Assembly: GCA_035506675.1 (NCBI GenBank)
Contig: DATJOX010000057.1
Coordinates: 17,748-81,747 of the forward strand
Length of the DNA stretch: 64,000 nucleotides
DNA from: Methanomassiliicoccales archaeon
GTDB taxonomy: Archaea > Thermoplasmatota > Thermoplasmata > Methanomassiliicoccales > UBA472
Reading direction: 5' to 3'
In this document: piece after piece, positions 1-8,570 of the stretch
Numbering within the stretch: position 1 is the first letter of the stretch
How the letters are laid out: each line of letters starts with the position of its first letter
The notes under the pieces: model-generated
Database searches by the model: none
What the model saw: only the letters and a program-made list of their open reading frames with translations
What the model was told of the DNA's origin: nothing
Program-made: the position numbers and the translations under genes

Positions 1-2
1 AC

Positions 3-164
3 GATCGCAAGATCTACCGGTACGTGGATGTCGCATCTGCGGTCATGCCGATGATGGCTGGGGCGGACTTCGTGATGTTCGGGCCAATCGAGTATGCGCG
101 CAGAGTGATGCACGCGGCGGCTTTCGCGGATGAGCTGCTCGCGCAAGCGGTCGCCGACATCTGA
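3..164 (+). CDS. mtrH: 3' end of MtrH-like (MtrH/MtgA family) methyltransferase, truncated by window edge
   Basis: Not in ORF track. Frame from nt 3 reads DRKIYRYVDVASAVMPMMAGADFVMFGPIEYARRVMHAAAFADELLAQAVADI*, resembling the MtrH C-terminal D..S.....AG(A/G)DFVL(F/Y)GPIE.A.....AA.AD segment. Confidence 0.7.
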   Translation, partial: DRKIYRYVDVASAVMPMMAGADFVMFGPIEYARRVMHAAAFADELLAQAVADI

Positions 165-212
165 GATGTGGCATTAAAATGAGAGCTTCTGCTCGGAGAT
201 CCATTCTCGATC

Positions 213-1073
213 CTAGCTGAATTCCACTTCGCTCCCCACGGGCATGAGCTCGAACCCGACGAACCGGTCCGAGATCATCTTCATCGCTTCGAACCCTGAG
301 CAGTGCATCGGGGCGATGCGCTCGACGTTCAGGTTCTTCAGCTGGTCCATGGTCTTGCGGACCCGGTCCTGCGTGGCACCGGAGAGGTGGAAGCCCCCAA
401 GCACCATCTGCACCTTGGAGCCGGTGGATTTCTTCGCATGCGTGACAATGTTCACGATCCCCGGGTGGGCGCAGCCTGAAACGACGATCAGCCCGCGTTT
501 GCTCGTCAAGTAGAGCGCCTGCTCATCGTTGACCTGGTCCTCGAACGTCTTGCCCTCTTCCTCCCGTAGGAAGTTGTTGGTGTGCTCGAAGTCGGTGACG
601 CGAGGGATCTCGCCGGAGATCTTGACCCCGGGAAGGATCTCGGTCAGCGAGGAAACGAAGCTCAGTTTAGCCTTCGGCAGCGACTCCGTGAGAGACTGTG
701 GCGGCGAGATATCGGTCTTGGTGTCCCCGCCGGTGGAGTAGCGCCTTCCGACGAATGTCTTCGGGTGCGCGTAGACAGGCACGCCCGCCTCGATGAGCGC
801 CCCCAGCCCCCCCACGTGATCATAGTGGCCGTGGGTGATGAAGACCGCGTTGAGGTCTTTCGGCTCGACGCCGCAGAGCTTGAGGTTGTTCAGGAACACG
901 GTCTCCGAGGCTCCGGTGTCGACCAGTACCTTGTGACCGGCATCCGTCTCCACAAGGATCGAAAAACCCTGTTCCGAGATGAAGTGCCTGTCGGGCCTCT
1001 CCAGGTGACGAACGAGCCTCGACGGCGCACACACCAGCCCGGACATGTTGTCAACGACGGTGATCAGCTTCAC
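213..1073 (-). CDS. MBL-fold metallo-hydrolase (MJ0448-like family)
   Basis: THGHYDH (HxHxDH), GCAH, GGFH and HCSG motifs; GTG start overlaps ramA TGA (GTGA). Confidence 0.85.
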   Translation of the reverse strand: MKLITVVDNMSGLVCAPSRLVRHLERPDRHFISEQGFSILVETDAGHKVLVDTGASETVFLNNLKLCGVEPKDLNAVFITHGHYDHVGGLGALIEAGVPVYAHPKTFVGRRYSTGGDTKTDISPPQSLTESLPKAKLSFVSSLTEILPGVKISGEIPRVTDFEHTNNFLREEEGKTFEDQVNDEQALYLTSKRGLIVVSGCAHPGIVNIVTHAKKSTGSKVQMVLGGFHLSGATQDRVRKTMDQLKNLNVERIAPMHCSGFEAMKMISDRFVGFELMPVGSEVEFS

Positions 1074-2719
1074 GCCGTTCCCTCTCTGCGCACGATCTTG
1101 AGGTCGCTAAATCGGAGGACGCCCTCCGGGCAGACGGACTCGCAGTTCTTGCAGGCAGTGCCGAGGCAGTACTCCGTGGCGATCCGCAGACGGAACTGCC
1201 CTTCGCCGACCTTCTCGACGCGCAAAGCTCGCTCTGGGCATTCACGCATGCACTTCTTGCAGCCGATGCAGCCCTCGAACTCCTTCATGAGGTAGACGCC
1301 TACGTGCTCGAGCGTCTTCAGTCCGTTGTCACCGATGACAGGTATGTCGCTGGACACTATGCGCAGCGTCTCCTTCGGGCGCTTGATATCGGGAAGCGGG
1401 CGGTACCCTTTGTCCTTGAGCATGCGGTTGAACATCTCGAATGGCATTCCCTCGAGCCAGTAGGCGATCTCGTTCACGTAGATGTCCTCGAACACCTTGC
1501 TGGTAGCGAACATTATGTGCTTTGCCGACATCGAGTCCGCGATCGCCTGCATCTTGTCCATGGCGTCGTCGATCACGAGCAGGTCGTACGCCATCATCAG
1601 CGAGGTGTTGCCGCATTGGTAGGTCCGCTCCAAAACCCTCGGCACCAATCCGACGGTCTGCGCCTTGATCGGGTCCACGTAGGTTCCTGAAGCCCCAGCG
1701 AGATACATCGACTTGACCTGGTCGTCATCGATGCCCACTTCCTCGATGAGCGTGCGGTGCCCCGCCCGGATCGCGCCCATCGCCTTTCCGGCCTCGAGCA
1801 CGTCGTGCTCGGTGATGAACACGCCATCCTGCAGGTGGATCTTCTTGTCTGGAGTTGTCACATAGGGCAACTTGATGATGCCGGTGTCCAGCCCGACCGC
1901 GACCGCTGCCACGACGCCGGTGCCGGTAATGCCTCTCGCCTTCATCGTGCTCGTGGTCTCGATCTTGCCAGTCGAGGGGTTGACGAGACAGCCGGCCTGG
2001 GTCCTAAGCCTCTCATCAAGGACGAAGTTCTGCCATCCGCCATTGTCCTGGGGCTGCAGATCGGAGATCGCGTGCGGGGCCGCGAGCATCCCGTACTCGA
2101 TGCTTTGCCCCTCCATGGCCGGGCCCGCCGCTGCTGATCCAGTGTAGAGCTCACCGTCGACGTACAGACCCATCTCTGCGTTGGTGCCGTAGTCGGTCAC
2201 CATGCACGTCTCCTTGCGTTCGAGCATGTGCGATTTGATTATCATCGCCAGCGCGTCCGCGCCGATCTCGTGGCGTATGGATGGAGGAATGCGCACCTCG
2301 CATTCGGGGTGGACGGACTTGAGCTCGAGGTCCGCTGCCACTCGCGTGTGCGCCCTTCGCTCCGGGACCTTGACGTTATACTTCTTGAGTATCGATTGGC
2401 CGGCGTAAGCGAGGTCGCGGATCTCAATGTTCTCGAACATCGACAATTGCGCCGGATTGCCACAAATCGCCATCCGCCTGATCTCTTTGGGATCGGTGCC
2501 GTGAAGCTCGATGAGCTTGTCGACCGTCTCTGCGATGATGCGATGGCCGACCGCCGACCCGTTTTCAAGCCAGAAATGGAGGTGGTCCATGATGTTTGCA
2601 CCAGGCAGGGGGTGCCTCATCGTGATCGCTGTCGAGATGATCTTCCCGTTCTTTTCGAGGTCGACGAGGTGGGTACGATATCCGCTAGTGCCTAGGTCCA
2701 GAGCGATCCCATAAACCAT
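1070..2719 (-). CDS. ramA: Corrinoid protein reductive activase RamA
   Basis: N-terminal ASKHA motif ALDLGTSG, DYGTNAE, AGPAMEGQ; C-terminal 2x[4Fe-4S] CIGCKKCMRECP and CLGTACKNCESVCP; 549 aa. Confidence 0.93.
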   Translation of the reverse strand: MVYGIALDLGTSGYRTHLVDLEKNGKIISTAITMRHPLPGANIMDHLHFWLENGSAVGHRIIAETVDKLIELHGTDPKEIRRMAICGNPAQLSMFENIEIRDLAYAGQSILKKYNVKVPERRAHTRVAADLELKSVHPECEVRIPPSIRHEIGADALAMIIKSHMLERKETCMVTDYGTNAEMGLYVDGELYTGSAAAGPAMEGQSIEYGMLAAPHAISDLQPQDNGGWQNFVLDERLRTQAGCLVNPSTGKIETTSTMKARGITGTGVVAAVAVGLDTGIIKLPYVTTPDKKIHLQDGVFITEHDVLEAGKAMGAIRAGHRTLIEEVGIDDDQVKSMYLAGASGTYVDPIKAQTVGLVPRVLERTYQCGNTSLMMAYDLLVIDDAMDKMQAIADSMSAKHIMFATSKVFEDIYVNEIAYWLEGMPFEMFNRMLKDKGYRPLPDIKRPKETLRIVSSDIPVIGDNGLKTLEHVGVYLMKEFEGCIGCKKCMRECPERALRVEKVGEGQFRLRIATEYCLGTACKNCESVCPEGVLRFSDLKIVRREGTA

Positions 2720-2895
2720 GTGCAGTCACTTGCCATTGGTATCTACTATGGGTATTTAAAAATAGACGCGGAGAACAACGAGGAATGCACGACAAACCGG
2801 ATTGCTGGAAGGGAGCGCCCGGCTCGCGTCTTCGGTTCTCACGATGAGAGTTCGATGGCACATCTTTTTGGCCCCGGAAGGAGCTTCGCCGGGCA

Positions 2896-3927
2896 ATGAA
2901 CTCGAAGGAGAGGTTTCTCGCGGCGCTGCGACTGCAGGGGGCAGATAGGGTGCCGCTCCTCTATCAGCACCTCGGAGCATCGAGCCACTTGCAGAAGGCC
3001 CTCGGACTGCAGGTGATGACGGGGTTCGATGACCCAGAGGTGTTCGCAAGACTCTCTCTTGAAGCCCATCGCCAATTTGGCTTCGACAACGTCATGGCTG
3101 GCTGGGGGGACTTGATGACCGAGGCGCATGCGCACGGAGCGACCTGGAAGTTCACCGACCCCCGCTTCTATCCAAGGCCAGTTGCTTATGTGCCGATGAG
3201 CAAGGCGACTGAGATACAGCCGGTCGATCCCAATAAAGACCGGCATTGGTCGGTCCCCCTGAAGGCGGCGAAGATCATGCTCGAACGCCTCCACGGAGAG
3301 GTTGAGGTAGTGGGAGCCTGCGTCTCCCCATCCTTGATCGCATGCGAGACCGTGGGAATGGAGACGCTGATGATGGCGTATTTCCAGCAGGAGGACGCGG
3401 TGCACAGCACGCTGCGCGCAATAGTCGAGTCCTGCAGGGCATACGGGGAGAGGGCCAGTGAAACCGGGCTCGGGACAGTCTTCGTCGACGATAGCGGGGC
3501 GGGCATGGAGTTGGTCTCGCTGGACATGTATCAGAAGTTCGATGGCGGCTACCTGTCAACTGTCATGTCACACTGGAAGCGCTTAGGAATCTCCACCATC
3601 ATTCACAACGACTCTGCTCAGCCTTTCTACGAAGCTCAGGCTGGTCTTGGCCCGGCGGCACTTCATGTGCACTTGAAGGCCGTCGACGTTCCGAAGTTCT
3701 TCTCCGACCTCAAGAGACGGCTTTGCGTAATCGCTGGAATCGATCACACTGACCTGCTGTTCAAGAAACCGCCGAACGATGTCGAGGCGGAGGTCACGCG
3801 CGTTCTTGGATTGTGGGGACGCGATCCTGGCCTTATCCTTGCTCCCGGTTGCGAGCTGCCCTACAAGACGCCGCTGGAGAACATAACGAGGATGCGGGAG
3901 GCAGTTGTCAAGCATGGCAGCATCTGA
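2896..3927 (+). CDS. URO-D/MtaA-CmuA family methyltransferase, divergent Zn site
   Basis: MNSKERFLAAL..ADRVP start, APGCEL end typical of the family; HND where MtaA has HIC. Confidence 0.8.
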   Translation: MNSKERFLAALRLQGADRVPLLYQHLGASSHLQKALGLQVMTGFDDPEVFARLSLEAHRQFGFDNVMAGWGDLMTEAHAHGATWKFTDPRFYPRPVAYVPMSKATEIQPVDPNKDRHWSVPLKAAKIMLERLHGEVEVVGACVSPSLIACETVGMETLMMAYFQQEDAVHSTLRAIVESCRAYGERASETGLGTVFVDDSGAGMELVSLDMYQKFDGGYLSTVMSHWKRLGISTIIHNDSAQPFYEAQAGLGPAALHVHLKAVDVPKFFSDLKRRLCVIAGIDHTDLLFKKPPNDVEAEVTRVLGLWGRDPGLILAPGCELPYKTPLENITRMREAVVKHGSI

Positions 3928-4020
3928 AAGGACGACTCAGTGCTTATCTGGAAGCACATTTCGCAGGCCAATGTTTAAGCTTCCTCCACCTACATCGTCC
4001 CAAACGGCCAGGTGTGAGCT

Positions 4021-7000
4021 CTGACGATTTCAGTCCTGTTCGCTGATGACCTCCAGGGCTCCTTGGCGAATTTCGGGGCCAGTCTCGAAAAGTCCGGCGA
4101 ATTCTCTCTGGTGCGCGCGACCTCGAGTGCTGATGCGGGAGCGCTGATTTCTGCCGGCGGACACGACGCAATCATCTCATTCCATCGTCCTCCAGAGCTC
4201 GATGGGCTTGAGCTTCTGAGACGGGCGCGTGCACAACGTGGGAAGATTCCGTTCGTCCTCGTTGTTGGCGACATCAGCCACGACGTGATCAGTGAGGCTT
4301 GGGGTGCGGGTGCTGACTTCGTTCTCAGAAAAGACGTCGACCTCGCGCCGCTCGCGAACGCGCTCTCCAAGAGGATACTCGTGGCGGTCGATCGGAACCG
4401 ACGTGACGAGCAGCTCCTCCTTGCGCAGTTCTCCGTCGAAAACGCTGCGGTCTCAACCTACTGGATCTCGAGCGATGGGAGACTGTTGCGCGCGAACCGC
4501 GAAGCCTGCCGCAAGACTGGCTTTGCAGAACAAGAGATCATGAGAATGCACGTCTGGGACCTTGACCCGATGTTCCCCGAGAACCGTTGGAATGACCACT
4601 GGGACGAACTCTCGCGCAAGGGCCAGATGGTCTTCGAAACCATCCACCGCCGCAAGAACGGTGAAGAGTATCCGGTGGAGATCACCGCCAACTACCTCCA
4701 GGTCGGCGACAAGGCGTACAACTTCGCTTTCGAAGTCGATATCACCGAGCGGAAGGCGTTCGAGCAGCAGCTGACCGAGGCCATCAACTCATACCGGACG
4801 CTATCGGAGAACCTGCCGGGGATCGTATATCGCTGCCACCTCCAGCAGGATGAGCACATGGTCTTCTACAACAAGATGCTCAGCGCCTTGACCGGATACG
4901 AGCCGGAGGAGCTGCAGAAAGACGGCGTCTGCTCGATCGTGCCCCTCATCGTCCCAGAAGACCAGGATCGAGTCCTCGATGAAGTCAGGACGGCAATGGA
5001 GAAGGATGAGACCTTCGAGGTCGAATATCGCCTGAGGAGAAAGGACGGTCAGATTGGCACATTCCTCGAGAAGGGGCGGCCCAGCCGGGACGCTCTCGGA
5101 AAGCCGCTATACATCGACGGCGTGATCTTCGACATCACCGAAAGAGTGGCGGGCGAAAAGGCCGTCGAAGAGAGCGAGAGCCGTTTCCGCCAGCTAGCTG
5201 ACATGCTTCCCGCGGTCGTATTCGAAACGGACACGAGGGGAAGGGTCACTTATGTCAATGCCGCTGGAATGAAGCTTACCGGGTTCACCCTTGGAGAGCA
5301 CGGCACAGATTTCGACGTGATCGATCTCATAGACCCTCAGGAAAGAGAGAGGGGAGTCGCGAGCATGGCCCGACTTCTCAGAGAGGGCGGACAAGGCAGC
5401 GGCCTCTACCACGTGCCGAAGGCGGACGGGGCCGTTCTGGAACTAAGTATCCACGCGTCTCCGATATACAAAGGTGACAAAGCGGTGGGATTGAGAGGAG
5501 TGGCGGTCGACGTCACCCAGCTGCGACGGACCGAGGCCCTCAAGACCGCGGTGTACCGCATCTCCGACTCGGCCGCGGCCTCCGCGAACCTCGAAGAGCT
5601 CTACGCTTCGATCCACTCGATCCTCACCGAGCTCATGCCTGCTGGCAATTTCTTCATCGCATTGAAGGACGAGCACACGAACGAGATCAGCTTCCCATAC
5701 TTCGTAGACGAGAAGGACCCGACCCCTGCGCCAAGGAGAATGGGTCGAGGGGTGACGGAGTACGTGATGGAAAAAGGGGTACCGCTCATCGCCACCGACA
5801 AGGACCTCGAGGAGCTCCGCGAGCGCGGCGAACTGGACATAATCGGGGCCCTGCCGTTGAGCTACATCGGCGTTCCACTGCGGACGGCTACTCAAGCAAT
5901 CGGCGTGATGGCGATCCAGTCCTATGACCCGAAACTCCGTTACAAGGAGGAGGATCTGGGCATCCTGCAGTTCGTGTCGAATCAGGTCGCCTTGGCGATC
6001 GAGCGCAAGCGCAAGCTCGAGGAGGCGCGCGAGTACCTCTCGCTGCTGAAGACCACCTTCGAGTCGACCGATGACGGGGTTCTGATCGTGGACCTCAATG
6101 GTTCGACGCTCGCCTCAAACGAACGCTTCGGGAAGATCTGGAAACTGCCGCCGACAATCCTCGAGACGCGCAACGACGAGATGCTTCTGAACACCGCGAT
6201 CAAACAGCTCGACGATCCCAAACCATTCCTCGAAAGGGTGAGCTGGCTGTATGCTCATCCCGAGGAGGTCGGATTCGACGTGCTGCGCTTCGCCGACGGC
6301 AGGATCATCGAGCGCTACTCCCAGCCGTATATGGCAGGGGGCGAGGTCCAAGGCCGGATCTGGAACTTCCGGGATGCGACCGAGCGCATCCGCGCCACCG
6401 AAGCGCTGAAGAAGTCAGAGGAAGAGCTGAAGGCGATCATCGACAGCGCCAAGGACGTCATCTTCGTGAAGGACTGCGACGGCGTCTACCTGACCGTCAA
6501 CGCGGGAATGGCGAAGCTGTTCGGGGTCACCAAGGAGCAGATGGTGGGCAAGTGCGACCGGGACTTCTTCCCCGAGCATATGGCGAAGGACATCGAGGCC
6601 CAGGACCGGCTCGTTTTGCAAGGTGTGGAGCGGGACGAGGAGGTGCTCCGGACCGTCAACGGAGTCGACTACGTCTTTTCGCTCGTCAAGGCGCCGCTGA
6701 GGATCGACGGCGAGGTCGTCGGCGTCTGCGGCATCGGTCGCGATGTGACCGAGAGGAAGCGCGTCGAGAAGGCGCTCCAGGATGCGAACCAGTCTCTCAA
6801 CATGCTGAACTCGATCACGCGCCACGATGTCCTCAACCAGCTGATGGTCATCCGCGGGTACTCGGATCTGCTCCGAGGAGCGGAGCAGGACGAGAAGCAC
6901 CTTCAGTACATCAACAAGATCGAGAAGGCGGCGCGCGCCATTCGGTCGCAGATCCAATTCACTAAGGATTTCCAGAAACTAGGTTCCTCCGAGCCGCGAT

Positions 7001-7437
7001 GGCAGGACGTGCAGGAGCTAGTAGACCAGGCAGTCTCCACGCTCGAGATCGGGGACATGGACATCAGCGTCGACCTGATGGGCCTGGAGGTGTTCGCCGA
7101 CCCCATGCTCGAGAAGGTGTTCTACAACCTCGTTGACAACACCCTGCGCCACGGTGGCAAGGTGCACTCGATCAAGGTCACCTGCGAGAAGGAAGGGAGC
7201 GGACTGCGCCTCAGGTATGAGGACGATGGAGTGGGCATCAAGCCTGAGGACAAACAGCGCATCTTCGACCGCGGATTCGGGCACAACACTGGATTCGGGT
7301 TGTTCATGCTGACCGCGATCCTTCGGGTCACTGGCATCAGCGCGGAGGAGAATGGAGAGTTCGGCAACGGGGCGAGGTTCGACCTGCACCTGCCCTCAGG
7401 ATCGTTCCGCTTCCGCGAGTGGGACGACAAGGCCTAG
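4021..7437 (+). CDS. Multi-sensor histidine kinase (pseudo-REC, multiple PAS, GAF, HisKA, HATPase)
   Basis: ITRHDVLNQL H-box, NLVDNTLRHG N-box, EDDGVG, GHNTGFGL. Frame is open back to CTG 4021 (TISVLFADD); the track starts at TTG 4063. Confidence 0.9.
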   Translation: MTISVLFADDLQGSLANFGASLEKSGEFSLVRATSSADAGALISAGGHDAIISFHRPPELDGLELLRRARAQRGKIPFVLVVGDISHDVISEAWGAGADFVLRKDVDLAPLANALSKRILVAVDRNRRDEQLLLAQFSVENAAVSTYWISSDGRLLRANREACRKTGFAEQEIMRMHVWDLDPMFPENRWNDHWDELSRKGQMVFETIHRRKNGEEYPVEITANYLQVGDKAYNFAFEVDITERKAFEQQLTEAINSYRTLSENLPGIVYRCHLQQDEHMVFYNKMLSALTGYEPEELQKDGVCSIVPLIVPEDQDRVLDEVRTAMEKDETFEVEYRLRRKDGQIGTFLEKGRPSRDALGKPLYIDGVIFDITERVAGEKAVEESESRFRQLADMLPAVVFETDTRGRVTYVNAAGMKLTGFTLGEHGTDFDVIDLIDPQERERGVASMARLLREGGQGSGLYHVPKADGAVLELSIHASPIYKGDKAVGLRGVAVDVTQLRRTEALKTAVYRISDSAAASANLEELYASIHSILTELMPAGNFFIALKDEHTNEISFPYFVDEKDPTPAPRRMGRGVTEYVMEKGVPLIATDKDLEELRERGELDIIGALPLSYIGVPLRTATQAIGVMAIQSYDPKLRYKEEDLGILQFVSNQVALAIERKRKLEEAREYLSLLKTTFESTDDGVLIVDLNGSTLASNERFGKIWKLPPTILETRNDEMLLNTAIKQLDDPKPFLERVSWLYAHPEEVGFDVLRFADGRIIERYSQPYMAGGEVQGRIWNFRDATERIRATEALKKSEEELKAIIDSAKDVIFVKDCDGVYLTVNAGMAKLFGVTKEQMVGKCDRDFFPEHMAKDIEAQDRLVLQGVERDEEVLRTVNGVDYVFSLVKAPLRIDGEVVGVCGIGRDVTERKRVEKALQDANQSLNMLNSITRHDVLNQLMVIRGYSDLLRGAEQDEKHLQYINKIEKAARAIRSQIQFTKDFQKLGSSEPRWQDVQELVDQAVSTLEIGDMDISVDLMGLEVFADPMLEKVFYNLVDNTLRHGGKVHSIKVTCEKEGSGLRLRYEDDGVGIKPEDKQRIFDRGFGHNTGFGLFMLTAILRVTGISAEENGEFGNGARFDLHLPSGSFRFREWDDKA

Positions 7438-7450
7438 CGGGCGCTGACCG

Positions 7451-7489
7451 AATGAAGAAATGAAAAGTGAAATGAGGAGAGGTCTCCTC
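7451..7489 (-). terminator. Hairpin plus T-rich tract downstream of mtaA
   Basis: GAGGAG-AGGT-CTCCTC (7474-7489) followed on the minus strand by ATTTCACTTTTCATTTCTTCATT. Confidence 0.55.
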
Positions 7490-7496
7490 GGTTTGA

Positions 7497-8507
7497 TTAA
7501 CCCTTTATCGCCTTGACGAGCGCGTGCAGGTTGGCGGCTGGAACGCGCGCCGCGAGCCCGCATCCCGGCGCGACCAGGTCGAAGCCGGCGTTCTTCACGC
7601 GGATCGCTTCCTTGGTCACGTCCTCGGGGGTTCCCTGAAGGAGCGGCCTGACGACGCCGATGTTGCCCACAAGGGCAGCACGGTGGTTCACGATCTTGAC
7701 TGCCGCCTCAGGCTGGACCTTCTCCTCGATGCTCAGAGCGGTGACGCCCGTGTTGATCATGTGATCGAGCAGGATGGTGGTGTCACCGCAAATGTGAAGG
7801 ACCGTCTTCGCGTGCTTCACTCCGGAGAAGCACTCCTTGATGTACGGCTTTGCGTACTCGTCGAACATCTCGCCCGACAGCATGTCGGTCGAGGCGCTTG
7901 GGTCGCTCATGACGATGACGTCCGCGCCCGCCGCGTCGAGGGCCTCGATGTAGGCCTTCTCTAGCTTGGTCGCGAGCTTGATGGCCTTCACGACCGCCTC
8001 CGGGTTGGTGATGATCCAGAGCAGCAGGTTCTCGGTGCCGACCATGTGGCCGGCGATGGTGAACGGGCCGGTGGTTCCGGCGACGATGGGCAAGTCATTG
8101 CCATACTTCTCCTTGGCGATCCTAGTGGCCTCGACGACCACAGGGATCCTTCCCAGCTTCATGGCGTTGGCGGGCAGGTCATCGGGGATGTTGCTCTCGT
8201 CGAACGCGTGGGCCTTGACCATCGGGGTGCGGTCCATCTTTCCGAGGTCGACACGGCAGCCCATGACCTCTGCCTCGACGGTCAAGCAGAACGGCAACCG
8301 GACGCACTCGAGCCCGAACAGCTTCGCGGGGGCGGCTCCGAGCTCGGCCATCTTCTTGGCATCGGTGTGAGCGTCAGGCCAGTAGACCTTGACGGACTCC
8401 ATTGCATCAACGGTCACGATCTGCGTGAAGCAGACGACAGGGGGCCTGTCCAACTTCTTTCGGTCGAGTGCTGCGAGCACCCGGTCCTTCGCGGTGTGGT
8501 GTGGCAT
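7497..8507 (-). CDS. mtaA: Methylcobamide:CoM methyltransferase, MtaA/MtbA family
   Basis: Canonical Zn ligands LHICG and APGCG; GPFT motif; ATG 8507 preceded by AAGGAGG and a TTTAAG box. Confidence 0.88.
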   Translation of the reverse strand: MPHHTAKDRVLAALDRKKLDRPPVVCFTQIVTVDAMESVKVYWPDAHTDAKKMAELGAAPAKLFGLECVRLPFCLTVEAEVMGCRVDLGKMDRTPMVKAHAFDESNIPDDLPANAMKLGRIPVVVEATRIAKEKYGNDLPIVAGTTGPFTIAGHMVGTENLLLWIITNPEAVVKAIKLATKLEKAYIEALDAAGADVIVMSDPSASTDMLSGEMFDEYAKPYIKECFSGVKHAKTVLHICGDTTILLDHMINTGVTALSIEEKVQPEAAVKIVNHRAALVGNIGVVRPLLQGTPEDVTKEAIRVKNAGFDLVAPGCGLAARVPAANLHALVKAIKG

Positions 8508-8570
8508 TACACAATCCTCCTTAACAGTCTTAAACCCGTTCGGTGGCTGGCACAACGAGATAGAGTGTAA

